From positions 86,850 to 150,849 of the forward strand of contig DDYB01000032.1 in the NCBI GenBank assembly GCA_002347265.1: a DNA stretch of 64,000 bases, written 5' to 3'. The stretch comes from Desulfobacteraceae bacterium UBA2245. Lineage in GTDB: Bacteria > Desulfobacterota > Desulfobacteria > Desulfobacterales > UBA2245. The translations under genes and the position numbers were made by a program. The first letter of the stretch is position 1, and the number at the start of each line of letters is the position of its first letter. Below the pieces are notes generated by a model. That model was not told the DNA's origin, did not search any database, and worked only from the letters and a program-made list of their open reading frames with translations. Shown here piece by piece: positions 1 to 9,492 of the stretch.

Positions 1-690
1 TCCGAGGCAGGAGGACTTGAGCGGGCGCGGCGCCATTCGATTCCAAGCTTTGTGGTCGATTACCGAAAAATCTTCCGGGATGTCAAAAACCAAGCCTCCC
101 CCGAACTGATACCGGCGGATTTCAATCTTGCGGAAGCGGTTTCCAAAACCCGGTTGTTTGGTCCGGACGCGGAGCCGTCCAGGATCGAGACCTTTATGTT
201 GACACGGGCTGCGGCGGAGGCGAAGCTCATTGAGGTCATGAGCGCCCACCCCTTTGATCTGCTCATATTGGCCGGCTTCATGAGAACCCTGACGCCGTAT
301 TTTATCGACCGGGTGAACACGAACCCCCAACATCCCAGAATTATGAACATTCACCCGGCCCTGCTTCCGGCCTTTCCCGGCGTGGACGGATATGGGGATA
401 CTTTCCGGTACGGGTGCAAGGTAGGCGGGTGTACGGTTCATTTCATCGATTATGGCGAAGATTCCGGGCCTATCATCGGGCAGAAATCCTTTGAGATTCT
501 TCCGGAGGACACCCTGGACGACATTCGAAAAAAAGGCCTGCACCTTGAATGGAAGCTTTATCCGGAATGCGTTCAGCTTTTTGCGGAAAACCGGTTAAAG
601 CTTGTCAGACAATCCCGTACTTCCGATAACGGCGCCCCCGGCGAACGATGGGTCGTCAAAATATTACGGACTCCGGTACGGGAAAAATAG
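1..690 (+). CDS. purN: Phosphoribosylglycinamide formyltransferase (5'-truncated by window edge)
   Basis: Frame is open from base 1 (SEAGGLERARRHSIPSFVVDY...). Motifs DLLILAGFMR, MNIHPALLPAFPG, GGCTVHFIDYGEDSGPIIGQ. Confidence 0.95.
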   Translation, partial: SEAGGLERARRHSIPSFVVDYRKIFRDVKNQASPELIPADFNLAEAVSKTRLFGPDAEPSRIETFMLTRAAAEAKLIEVMSAHPFDLLILAGFMRTLTPYFIDRVNTNPQHPRIMNIHPALLPAFPGVDGYGDTFRYGCKVGGCTVHFIDYGEDSGPIIGQKSFEILPEDTLDDIRKKGLHLEWKLYPECVQLFAENRLKLVRQSRTSDNGAPGERWVVKILRTPVREK

Positions 691-699
691 ATCCCCGCA

Positions 700-1884
700 T
701 CAAAAGGCTTTGACCATCAAGGGAATGGCCACGAATGTACCCAGGGCGCTGCCCAGGTTGGTAAACACCACCACCAGCAGAATCCGTGTGACCTTGTTGC
801 GCCAGAAACCTTTGATGGAAAGAATGTCTTCGGCCAGGCTTTCCAGATCCTTGACCCTGGGTTTCCGGAAGACCGCCTCCACCAGGCCCGAGACCCATCC
901 AGCTGCGATCATTGGGTTCAAAGAGGTCAAAGGGGCTGCCAGCACCGCAGAGATGATGGTCAATGGATGCGCAAAAGCAGCCATGGCGCCGGCGCCCGCC
1001 AAAATTCCATTTGCCAGAAACCACCACTTGACCATATCGGCCCCTGTATGAAAACCGCCGGCATAAAAGCCGCCGACGATGAACATCAGGATCGCCGCAG
1101 GAAGGATCCATTTCAGAGCTTTATTCAGTTTCCCTTTGGGAGGAAGCACCTCCAGACGGGCGGTGTCGATATCCTGATGCCAGTATTTCTGTATGCCCGG
1201 CACATGACCCGCCCCAACGACCGCAACGATTTTCTTCCCCGGAGCAGTGCGTATTTTCTGTGCAAGGTATTGATCCCGTTCGTCGATCAGGATGTCCCGC
1301 AGCGCAGGGAGTTCTTTTTCCACATCGGCCAGAATGGACTCCAGAGCATCCTCCTGCTTCATTCTTTCGATATCCTCCTGCCGGATATTCGGGGTCTGGA
1401 ACGCGGACCCGATGAACTCGACGAACAGTTTGATCTTGTCGCGAAACCGCATCATGCGCCAGGTTCGAGACAGGGTTATTCGAATATCCCGGTCTACCGG
1501 GCAGACGGCGGCATTTAAGGTCTTGGCGCTATCAATGGCCTGAATCATTTCCTGCCCGGGCTGTACATCCAGCTGCCGGGCAATGCGCTTTTGAAAGGAT
1601 GCCAGCAGAAGGTTGGCCAGGAGCAAAAATGTTTTTTTCTCTTTGATCACCTTGACGATGTCCATATTCCGCCATCGGTCTTTCTGGCTGATGGCCTGGT
1701 ATCGGGAATCACACAGCTCCACGCATACGGTATCCGGTTTTTCGAATTCGATGGTACGGGCCACCAGCTCAGCACTGTGCCTGGAAACGTGGGCGGTGCC
1801 CACGATAAGAATTTCCCTGTCCCCGCTGCGAAGACGAAGAACCGGATCTGTCCCGCCGTTTTCCATTTGATTTTTCAGGTCCAT
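700..1884 (-). CDS. TraB/GumN (PrgY-like) family protein with C-terminal membrane domain
   Basis: ILIVGTAHVS, PDTVCVELCDSR, LIDERDQYLA and VAVVGAGHVPGI are TraB-family motifs; hydrophobic C-terminus ending NLGSALGT. Confidence 0.85.
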   Translation of the reverse strand: MDLKNQMENGGTDPVLRLRSGDREILIVGTAHVSRHSAELVARTIEFEKPDTVCVELCDSRYQAISQKDRWRNMDIVKVIKEKKTFLLLANLLLASFQKRIARQLDVQPGQEMIQAIDSAKTLNAAVCPVDRDIRITLSRTWRMMRFRDKIKLFVEFIGSAFQTPNIRQEDIERMKQEDALESILADVEKELPALRDILIDERDQYLAQKIRTAPGKKIVAVVGAGHVPGIQKYWHQDIDTARLEVLPPKGKLNKALKWILPAAILMFIVGGFYAGGFHTGADMVKWWFLANGILAGAGAMAAFAHPLTIISAVLAAPLTSLNPMIAAGWVSGLVEAVFRKPRVKDLESLAEDILSIKGFWRNKVTRILLVVVFTNLGSALGTFVAIPLMVKAF

Positions 1885-2089
1885 AAAATTGATACTTCGG
1901 GCAGGCCCGAAGTACTTATCCTTTCAGCTTAATCCGCGGCCGTTCATCCGCGGGCAAGCCCGCGATACTGTATTCAACCGCATTAAAATCGTCGATCATC
2001 TTTATTATATTTGCGGACCTGCCGCAAGGCGAAATCAAAGCATAGCCTTTAAAGATATGCGATTGTTCTAGCTGGCGACGCGCTTACCC

Positions 2090-2118
2090 TTGACTTTGCA
2101 GGAAACTTTCCCTATAGC
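2090..2118 (+). promoter_or_regulatory. Putative sigma70 promoter for mlaEFD
   Basis: TTGACT-17 bp-TATAGC about 70 bp upstream of the mlaE ATG. Confidence 0.45.
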
Positions 2119-2185
2119 ATTTCTATGTCAACATATATTTGAAGCCGAAATCCAACATCTAAATTGCCGTTTTTGTTAACACTGA

Positions 2186-2956
2186 ATGATATACTTTCTT
2201 GAACTCGCCGGAAGACCCATTAAGCTCTTTGTTGAAGAATCCGGTAAAATTGTGCTGCTTTTCCTTTCCGCCCTGACCTGGCTGGTTCGCCCCCCCCTGC
2301 GCCTGCGCCTGATTGCCAAGCAGATGGAGTTTGTCGGCGTTCAATCGCTTTCGGTCGTGATGATTACCGCCGCCTTTGCCGGCATGGTCCTTGCGCTTCA
2401 AACCTATTACGGTTTCAGAATGTTCGGCGGAGAGAGCCTCGTGGGCGCTACGGTGGCCCTGTCTCTGACGCGCGAACTCGGGCCTGTCTTTACAGCCCTG
2501 ATGGTGACGGGCAGGGCCGGATCGGCCATGGCTGCAGAACTGGGAACCATGAAAGTGACGGAACAGGTGGACGCGCTCTATACCATGTCCGTCAATCCCG
2601 TTCAGTACCTGATCGTGCCAAGAATACTGGCAGCGGTCTTAATGGTTCCGATATTAACCATTCTTGCCGATTTTATCGGCATTGTGGGAGGATATTTTGT
2701 AGGCGTCCATCTGCTGGGAATCAATTCGGGAATTTTCATGGCAAGAATCGTCGAATTCGTGGAGATGGACGACATAACGAACGGGCTTATCAAATCGGCG
2801 TTCTTTGGGCTGATCCTTTCTCTGATCGGCACTTTCAAGGGGTTTTATACCACCGGCGGTGCGGAGGGAGTCGGAAAAGCCACCACCGAAGCGGTTGTTT
2901 ACGCTTCGGTTTCCATTTTAATCAGCGATTACATTCTCACCGCATTGATGTTCTGA
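2186..2956 (+). CDS. mlaE: MlaE-family ABC transporter permease
   Basis: RELGPVFTALMVTGRAGSAMAAELGTMKVTEQVDAL signature; multiple TM helices. Confidence 0.95.
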   Translation: MIYFLELAGRPIKLFVEESGKIVLLFLSALTWLVRPPLRLRLIAKQMEFVGVQSLSVVMITAAFAGMVLALQTYYGFRMFGGESLVGATVALSLTRELGPVFTALMVTGRAGSAMAAELGTMKVTEQVDALYTMSVNPVQYLIVPRILAAVLMVPILTILADFIGIVGGYFVGVHLLGINSGIFMARIVEFVEMDDITNGLIKSAFFGLILSLIGTFKGFYTTGGAEGVGKATTEAVVYASVSILISDYILTALMF

Positions 2957-3684
2957 TGATCCGACTCGAACAGGTTTCAAAAGCATTCAAAGGACAAATT
3001 GTCCTCGATCATCTGGACCTTGAAATCGAAAAAGGTAAAATTACCGTTATCATAGGCCAGAGCGGCGGCGGCAAAAGCGTTCTCTTAAAACATATGATCG
3101 GTCTGATCAGACCGGATTCGGGACATATCTATGTAAACGGCATCGACATCGTTTCTCTTGACGACAAAAAACTCAATGATATTCGAAAAAAGTTCGGCAT
3201 GCTGTTTCAGGCTGCGGCGCTGTTTGATTCGATGAACGTCGGCGAAAATGTCGCGTTTCCCCTGATTGAGCACACCAGGCTGCCGCGCAAGGAAATCATG
3301 AAAATTGCCGAAGAAAAGCTTCTTCGCGTCGGCCTGAAAAACGTATCGCACAAAATGCCGTCCGAACTTTCCGGCGGAATGCGTAAACGGGTGGGGCTGG
3401 CGCGTGCCATCGCTCTGGATCCTGAAATCATTCTCTTTGATGAACCGACAACGGGTCTCGATCCGGTGATGTGCGACGCAATTGACCGGCTGATCGTTGA
3501 AACTCAGAAGCAAACGGAGGCGACCTGCGTCATTATCAGCCATGACATCCCCTCCACGTTCAAGATCGCGAACAAAATAGCCATGCTCTACCAGGGAAAA
3601 ATTATTGAAATGGGAACCCCGGATGAAGTAAGGTCTTCAACAAACCCGGTGGTTCAAAATTTTATTGAGGGAAAATCCACATAG
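2956..3684 (+). CDS. mlaF: MlaF-family ABC transporter ATP-binding protein
   Basis: Walker A GQSGGGKS, signature LSGGMRKRV, Walker B ILFDEPTTGLDP; translationally coupled to mlaE. Confidence 0.95.
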   Translation: MIRLEQVSKAFKGQIVLDHLDLEIEKGKITVIIGQSGGGKSVLLKHMIGLIRPDSGHIYVNGIDIVSLDDKKLNDIRKKFGMLFQAAALFDSMNVGENVAFPLIEHTRLPRKEIMKIAEEKLLRVGLKNVSHKMPSELSGGMRKRVGLARAIALDPEIILFDEPTTGLDPVMCDAIDRLIVETQKQTEATCVIISHDIPSTFKIANKIAMLYQGKIIEMGTPDEVRSSTNPVVQNFIEGKST

Positions 3685-3737
3685 AAAGCCGGTGCCCGTC
3701 ATCCGGTGAAAGTCATGAAACGCAGCGAAGTTTAATT

Positions 3738-5231
3738 ATGGAAAAATTCAGCAATGAGGCAAAGGTCGGCATCCTTGTCGTTATAAGCATCATTCTTTTG
3801 GGATACATGGCGATGCGGGTTGGCAAGTTCAGCTTCACCAAAGAAGCCGGTTACACCCTCGTTGTCTATTTCGATTCCGTTGCCGGTCTTGCGCTGGATG
3901 TGCCGGTGGAAATCGCAGGCGTGGAAGTCGGAAGGGTCCGAAATATTGCATTGGAAGCAAACCGGGCCATGGTGACCCTGATGATGCGCCCCGACATTCA
4001 GCTGACCAAGGATGCCAAAGCGATCATCAGAACCAAGGGAATTCTGGGCGACAAATATGTCGAGCTGATTCCGGGTTCCGATGCAGCGCCCTTGATCGAA
4101 CCCGGCGGACGCATTACCCAGACCATCCCGACCACCGACATTGACAGCCTGCTGAATGTTCTCGGTTCCGTGGCTCAAGACATCAAAAGTCTGAGCCAAT
4201 CGCTCTCCAACGTGCTCGGTGGTGAAGAAGGGGAGCGATCTATGAGACAGATCGTCGACAACGTCCAGGAAATGGCGCAAACCCTCAACGACATCGTTCA
4301 GAAAAACAACGAGGATATATCCACAATCGTCGGCAATTTCACCATATTTTCCGAACGGCTTAAAGAAATTGGGAACGCAAACACGGACGATATTCGCAGC
4401 ATTGTCGACAATGTTCGAAAGGCCTCGGAACATCTCGAAACCCTGATTACCGGTCTTCACGAAATTACGGTCAAAGTCAATGAGGGCAAGGGCAGCATCG
4501 GACAGCTGATCAATGACGATCAAACTGTTAAAAATCTGAATGAAGCGCTTGCGTCTCTAAAAGGCGTCACGGAAAAAATAAACAAAGGCGAAGGCTCCAT
4601 CGGCAAACTCGTCAATGATGATCAAACGGTCGACAATCTGAACGACGCCCTGACCGGAATCAACGACTACATCAAAAAACAGGATACCTATCGAACCTTT
4701 CTCGACTACCGCGGAGAATATCTGTTCGGAAGCGAGGAAGCCAAATCCTATCTGTCTTTGCGAATTCAACCCCGAGAGGACAAATATTATCTTCTGCAGG
4801 TCGTGGATGACCCTCGCGGAAAAAAATCCACAACCGAGTACACCCGCACCCTTGACGGCGTGACCTCTCATGAGCAGATCGTTGAAATCGAAAAGGACGA
4901 ACTCAAATTTTCCGCGCAAATCTCCAAACGTTACTATGATATTGCATTTCGCGGCGGTCTTTTTGAATCCACCGGCGGAGTGGGCGTTGATTACTATATG
5001 TACAACGACCGATTGACCTTTTCTCTCGAAGCGTTTGATTTTGATGCCGACACGAATCCGCATTTAAAATTTAAGGCCGACTACACACCGTTTCAGCATA
5101 TTTACCTGACAGCCGGATTCGACGATTTCATCAGTGAAGAAGGCGATGAATCCTTTTTCATCGGCGCAGGCATAAGCTTTTCCGATGAAGATATAAAAAC
5201 CCTTTTGTTCAACGTCCCCATTCCTAAATAA
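3738..5231 (+). CDS. mlaD: MlaD/MCE-family protein, long form (TM-MCE-helical repeats-putative beta-barrel)
   Basis: N-terminal TM (EAKVGILV), MCE motif GLALDVPVEIAGVEVGRV...GILGDKYVEL, long amphipathic helical region, aromatic-rich beta-strand C-terminus. Confidence 0.9.
   Translation: MEKFSNEAKVGILVVISIILLGYMAMRVGKFSFTKEAGYTLVVYFDSVAGLALDVPVEIAGVEVGRVRNIALEANRAMVTLMMRPDIQLTKDAKAIIRTKGILGDKYVELIPGSDAAPLIEPGGRITQTIPTTDIDSLLNVLGSVAQDIKSLSQSLSNVLGGEEGERSMRQIVDNVQEMAQTLNDIVQKNNEDISTIVGNFTIFSERLKEIGNANTDDIRSIVDNVRKASEHLETLITGLHEITVKVNEGKGSIGQLINDDQTVKNLNEALASLKGVTEKINKGEGSIGKLVNDDQTVDNLNDALTGINDYIKKQDTYRTFLDYRGEYLFGSEEAKSYLSLRIQPREDKYYLLQVVDDPRGKKSTTEYTRTLDGVTSHEQIVEIEKDELKFSAQISKRYYDIAFRGGLFESTGGVGVDYYMYNDRLTFSLEAFDFDADTNPHLKFKADYTPFQHIYLTAGFDDFISEEGDESFFIGAGISFSDEDIKTLLFNVPIPK
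4473..4655 (+). repeat. Two-copy 34-codon (102 bp) intragenic repeat in mlaD
   Basis: KVNEGKGSIGQLINDDQTVKNLNEALA (4473) vs KINKGEGSIGKLVNDDQTVDNLNDALT (4575). Confidence 0.85.
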
Positions 5232-5282
5232 TTGAGGCGTTTGATCTTTTGAAGAAGTCGATTATGTAAACACCGGGAGCTT

Positions 5283-6746
5283 ATGTCCGCTTCGAACACA
5301 ACCCAGAAGCTTGCTGAAGAGAAAATAAAACCATTTAGACTCGTCAAGTATTTTACCTTCACCAGTATGGCGTTGATTTTTTTGGGCACGCTTTTACTAT
5401 CCATGATCAACACCTATGGCGCCAGGACTCTGCTTTTACAGAAACGCGAGGCTTACGCGCTGGCGCTGGTGGAAAATCTGAACCACCAGATCTTCCTTCA
5501 ATTTGCCATTCCGGTTGCCTTAAAATACGGTAAAATTCAACTGAGACAGCCAGAACAATCTGAACGGATGGACAAGGTCATTCGCAGCACGCTGCACAGT
5601 TTTCAGGTGGATCTGGTAACGATTTACGACACAAACAACACGGTTTCCTATAGTTTCGATCGGGATCTGGTCGGCCAGAAAGACCTTGGGGGCTCCGGAT
5701 ATCAGCAGGCGCTGGATGGCCGGTCCAACTTCAAGCTGTATCAGCGGGGAAGCTGGTGGAAGATTCTGATTGGATTCCCCAAGGAAAGCAAGCTGATTGC
5801 CCTTGCCCCGCTTCGTGCTGAAAAGCCGCTGTCCATTCTTTCCGGACCCATTCTTGGCATCGTCGAAATCGTTCAGGATATTTCCGAGGATTTTGAAACC
5901 ATATTTTTCTTTCAAATTCGCGTCATAATCACCTGTGCAGCGGTGATGGGAATCGTCTTCATCGCGCTGGTTTTTGTCGTCAAAAGGGGAGAGGGCATCA
6001 TTGAAAGGCGGGCTCAGGAAAGGCTGCGCCTGAAGGAAGATCTGAACCGCGCTCTTCATCTGTCTTCCATCGGGGAGATGATGGCAGGAATCTCGCATGA
6101 AATACGCAATCCGCTCGGCATCATCAAAAGTTCCGCCGAATTGTTGAAAAAGAAAATGGCCCTGCTGGACCCGTCAAACCCCATACCCGATGTCATCGTG
6201 GAAGAAGCCCGTCGCCTGGACAATATTATTACCGATTTTTTAAATTATGCCAGACCGAGAACACCGCATGTTGTTCCCTGCGATATCCGGGACATAATCG
6301 ACAAAAATATTACCTTTCTGCTGACTGACAGCAGGCTGGACAATTTTACGCTTCGCAAAGAAGCACCTGAAAATTTGCCGGAAGTCAGCGCCGACCCCGA
6401 TATGCTTTATCAGGCTTTTTTGAATATACTGATCAATGCGGTTCAGGCGATGCCCGATGGTGGAGAAATACGAATCGCTCTGAACAGCGCTTCGGACCAG
6501 GTTACGATCTTCTTTGACGACCAGGGCCATGGCGTTTCCGAAGATATCGCCGAAAAAATTTGGGATCCCTTTGTTACCACCAAGGAGACAGGAACAGGGC
6601 TGGGTCTGAGCATCGTAAAAAAAATCATTGAATCGCATTGCGGAAAAATCCGCATCAAAAACCTTCCGGACGGCGGCGCCAGGGTCGCCATTGAATTGCC
6701 CGTCAAACAGGAAAGTTCTGATCATGGACACCATTCTGATCGTTGA
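5283..6746 (+). CDS. Membrane-bound sensor histidine kinase
   Basis: Two TM segments, H-box AGISHEIRNPL, N-box NILINAVQAM, G-boxes DQGHG and GTGLGL. Confidence 0.92.
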   Translation: MSASNTTQKLAEEKIKPFRLVKYFTFTSMALIFLGTLLLSMINTYGARTLLLQKREAYALALVENLNHQIFLQFAIPVALKYGKIQLRQPEQSERMDKVIRSTLHSFQVDLVTIYDTNNTVSYSFDRDLVGQKDLGGSGYQQALDGRSNFKLYQRGSWWKILIGFPKESKLIALAPLRAEKPLSILSGPILGIVEIVQDISEDFETIFFFQIRVIITCAAVMGIVFIALVFVVKRGEGIIERRAQERLRLKEDLNRALHLSSIGEMMAGISHEIRNPLGIIKSSAELLKKKMALLDPSNPIPDVIVEEARRLDNIITDFLNYARPRTPHVVPCDIRDIIDKNITFLLTDSRLDNFTLRKEAPENLPEVSADPDMLYQAFLNILINAVQAMPDGGEIRIALNSASDQVTIFFDDQGHGVSEDIAEKIWDPFVTTKETGTGLGLSIVKKIIESHCGKIRIKNLPDGGARVAIELPVKQESSDHGHHSDR

Positions 6747-8094
6747 TGACGAAAAAAATTACACTCTGATTCTCAGCGCCGTGTTGCAGGACGAGGGGTT
6801 TGAAACCCTTACGGCCAACAGCGGGCAGGAGGCTCTTGAGACGCTGGCCGAATTCGACGTGAATCTTGTGATTACAGATATGAAGATGCCGGTCATGGAC
6901 GGTATCGAATTACTGCGGCATATCAAGGAAAAATACCCGACGGTTCCGGTGATCATGATGACCGCTTACGGCACTGTGGAAAAGGCGGTCGAAGCGATGC
7001 AGCTCGGCGCTTTCAATTATATTACCAAGCCTTTTGACAACGCGAGGCTGGTCATTTACGTTAATAAAGCTTTGGAAATGCACCACATGGCCCAGGAAAA
7101 CACCCGGCTTCGAAGCGAGGTGGAGGCCCGGTTTCGTTTTGACAACATCATCGGAAAAAGCAAGGCCATGCAGGATGTGTTTCAAATCATCCGTAAAGTG
7201 GCGCCCAGCGCAGCGACCGTTCTCATCGAGGGCGCCAACGGCACCGGCAAGGAACTGGTGGCCCAATCCATACATTACAACAGCCCCAGAAGAGACAAGC
7301 CCTTTATCGCGGCCAACTGTGCGGCATTTGCGGAAACACTGCTGGAAAGCGAACTTTTCGGCCACGAAAAAGGGGCCTTTACCGGGGCGACAGCCCTCAA
7401 AAAAGGCCGCTTCGAACTCGCCGATCAGGGAACGCTTTTTCTTGACGAAATCGGCGAACTCTCCGCCAGCCTGCAGGTCAAGCTGTTGCGCGTGCTTCAG
7501 GAAAGAAGTTTTGAAAGGGTCGGCGGCACAAAGTCGATTTCCGTGGACATCCGCATTATCGCCGCAACCAATAAGATCCTCAAAGAAGAAGTGGCCAGGG
7601 GTAATTTCCGGGAAGATCTTTTTTACCGTTTAAACGTGATTCATATCGTATTGCCCAGTCTCAGGGAACGTCCGGAAGATATCCGTCCTCTGATGGATCA
7701 CTTCATCAATAAATACGCCCATGAGCGCAGAGCCTCGGTTCCGGTGACCGGCGTCAGCGAGGAGGTTGAACGGCTGTTTTTTGATTACCAGTGGCCCGGT
7801 AATGTCCGTGAACTGGAAAACGTGATCGAGCGGGCCATGATCATGTGTCCGGGAAATACGATTCAGGTTTCGGATCTTCCGAAAGAGTTTAAAGACAATG
7901 TTTACAACTCCCTGCACATAACGGGCATACCGGCCGACGCCAATCTCTATGACACCCTGGCCATGGTTGAAAAAAAGATGATCGAAAGGGCCTTGAAAAT
8001 TTCAGACAACGTTCAGGCTCATGCCGCGGCTCTTTTGGGAATCGGGAAAAGCGGGCTGAACCAGAAACTCAAAAAATATAAACTGGATGAATAA
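6724..8094 (+). CDS. Sigma54-dependent response regulator (REC-AAA+-Fis HTH, NtrC/AtoC type)
   Basis: Start ATG 6724 (MDTILIVDDE). Walker A GANGTGKE, intact GAFTGA, LFLDEI, WPGNVREL, C-terminal HTH. Confidence 0.93.
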   Translation: MDTILIVDDEKNYTLILSAVLQDEGFETLTANSGQEALETLAEFDVNLVITDMKMPVMDGIELLRHIKEKYPTVPVIMMTAYGTVEKAVEAMQLGAFNYITKPFDNARLVIYVNKALEMHHMAQENTRLRSEVEARFRFDNIIGKSKAMQDVFQIIRKVAPSAATVLIEGANGTGKELVAQSIHYNSPRRDKPFIAANCAAFAETLLESELFGHEKGAFTGATALKKGRFELADQGTLFLDEIGELSASLQVKLLRVLQERSFERVGGTKSISVDIRIIAATNKILKEEVARGNFREDLFYRLNVIHIVLPSLRERPEDIRPLMDHFINKYAHERRASVPVTGVSEEVERLFFDYQWPGNVRELENVIERAMIMCPGNTIQVSDLPKEFKDNVYNSLHITGIPADANLYDTLAMVEKKMIERALKISDNVQAHAAALLGIGKSGLNQKLKKYKLDE

Positions 8095-8139
8095 CCACAC
8101 ATCCCCAAAAGTCGACGCACGCCGTTTTCGAGGCCTAGC

Positions 8140-8823
8140 CTATCCTGAAATTTTTTCTCTGGCCGCATCAAAATATATGGAATCCGGATCTTCCGAAACC
8201 AATTGCTGATACGCGCTTCGGCTTTTTTCCATGTCTCCCGCCAGTTCATAAAGCCGTCCAAGGCCAAACAGGGCTTCGGATTTCATCAGGGCGCCGCCTT
8301 CGGAGACGATTCTTTCAAAATGAGCTGCCGCGTTTTTATAATCTTTTTTCGCCTCGAAGCTATAGGCTAGTCCGCTCAAAATCATGCTTTTATAAGGCTC
8401 CTGTCCGAAATCATTCAGGGCGCTTTGATACAATTTAAGCGCCTGATCGAACTGACCGGAATCATAACAGATGTCTGCATAAATCATCCGGGATATTCGG
8501 CTGGTTTCTCTGTCCGAATATTGATCCAATACCCGTTCAAAATCCTTTTTCACCGCTTGGTATGCGGCAGGGGGCCCTTCTTCGCGGGAAAGAACCTGGT
8601 ACCTTGAAAATACCTCGTACATTGCAGCGAGCGCCCGGGCCTCGGCTTTACTCGAAAAATAAGAATTTGCCGCCCACAGCGATGCGGCGGCGATCACGGC
8701 GCATATAACGCCGATAATATGCTTTTTATACCGAAAGATGACCTGCAGCATGGTGTTTGAAAACGTCATAATTTTATCTGGTTGGTCGACAAAATCTTTT
8801 AGCCCCATATTCTTCCTTTCCAT
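8140..8823 (-). CDS. Membrane-anchored TPR protein (YfgM-like)
   Basis: One N-terminal TM followed by TPR-like helices (ALFGLGRLYELAGD..KSRSAYQQL). Confidence 0.7.
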   Translation of the reverse strand: MERKNMGLKDFVDQPDKIMTFSNTMLQVIFRYKKHIIGVICAVIAAASLWAANSYFSSKAEARALAAMYEVFSRYQVLSREEGPPAAYQAVKKDFERVLDQYSDRETSRISRMIYADICYDSGQFDQALKLYQSALNDFGQEPYKSMILSGLAYSFEAKKDYKNAAAHFERIVSEGGALMKSEALFGLGRLYELAGDMEKSRSAYQQLVSEDPDSIYFDAAREKISG

Positions 8824-8872
8824 CCTTTCTTCATGGATAGATCAAATAAAATCAGCCCGCGCAGGCTGAATC

Positions 8873-9298
8873 CTACCAAACCAAAGACCGATGAATCCAG
8901 CCTTTATCGCCGTCGGCATGTTCCACTCGCAACCAGTCCCCTTTCCGCTCCGAAACCTTGAACGGAACTCCTTTTTCAACGGAAAAAAACACTTCGAAGT
9001 TTGTACCGGGACCTGACCGGATGTTGCACTTGTCTTGTACGGTGATCACCGCGTCGATTTTCCCGACAATATCCTGATGGATCCAGCCCTGGTCCCCCTC
9101 AAAGTCTCGAAAACGACGCCATTCTCCTTTTTTTTCAATTATTTCAATTGGATGGTTCTGTTCGACATTCCACAGAACCTCGTATCCCTGTCCGGGGCCC
9201 GATCGAACATTTCCGATCTGCGCTTTTACCGCCAATCGCTGCGCCATGGCGGATTGGGCACACAGTAAAACAGCTATGGCAATCAACAAACGTTTCAT
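8873..9298 (-). CDS. Exported protein with two bacterial SH3 domains
   Basis: Start placed at MKRLLIAIAVLLCAQSAMA (signal peptide). Two repeats NVRSGPG..Y.V / NIRSGPGTNFEV ... GDxGWIH. Confidence 0.85.
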   Translation of the reverse strand: MKRLLIAIAVLLCAQSAMAQRLAVKAQIGNVRSGPGQGYEVLWNVEQNHPIEIIEKKGEWRRFRDFEGDQGWIHQDIVGKIDAVITVQDKCNIRSGPGTNFEVFFSVEKGVPFKVSERKGDWLRVEHADGDKGWIHRSLVW

Positions 9299-9492
9299 CC
9301 CTGCACCTGTCACGTTGAATGTCCAATCAAATGCCTTCCTCTCCGGTTGCCTCCGGCGCCTGTGAGCGATCCTTCGGTGAAACAGGCGTTGGTCTCCCTT
9401 TGAAAGCATCAGGCGCCCGACTGGAAGCCCCGGGCAGCTATTCCCGGCGGCATCCTGAATCCTCGCATTTGATTCAAGATGTTTCCGCGCAC

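Noticed and set aside
9338-9402. Glycine-riboswitch-like words on the minus strand (GGGAGA...CACCGAAGGA...CUCACAGG) upstream of the SH3 gene
   Set aside because: P2 cannot form, P3a is too short, the glycine-contacting U is A, and a competing ACGCCUGU/ACAGGCG hairpin dominates; gene context does not fit.
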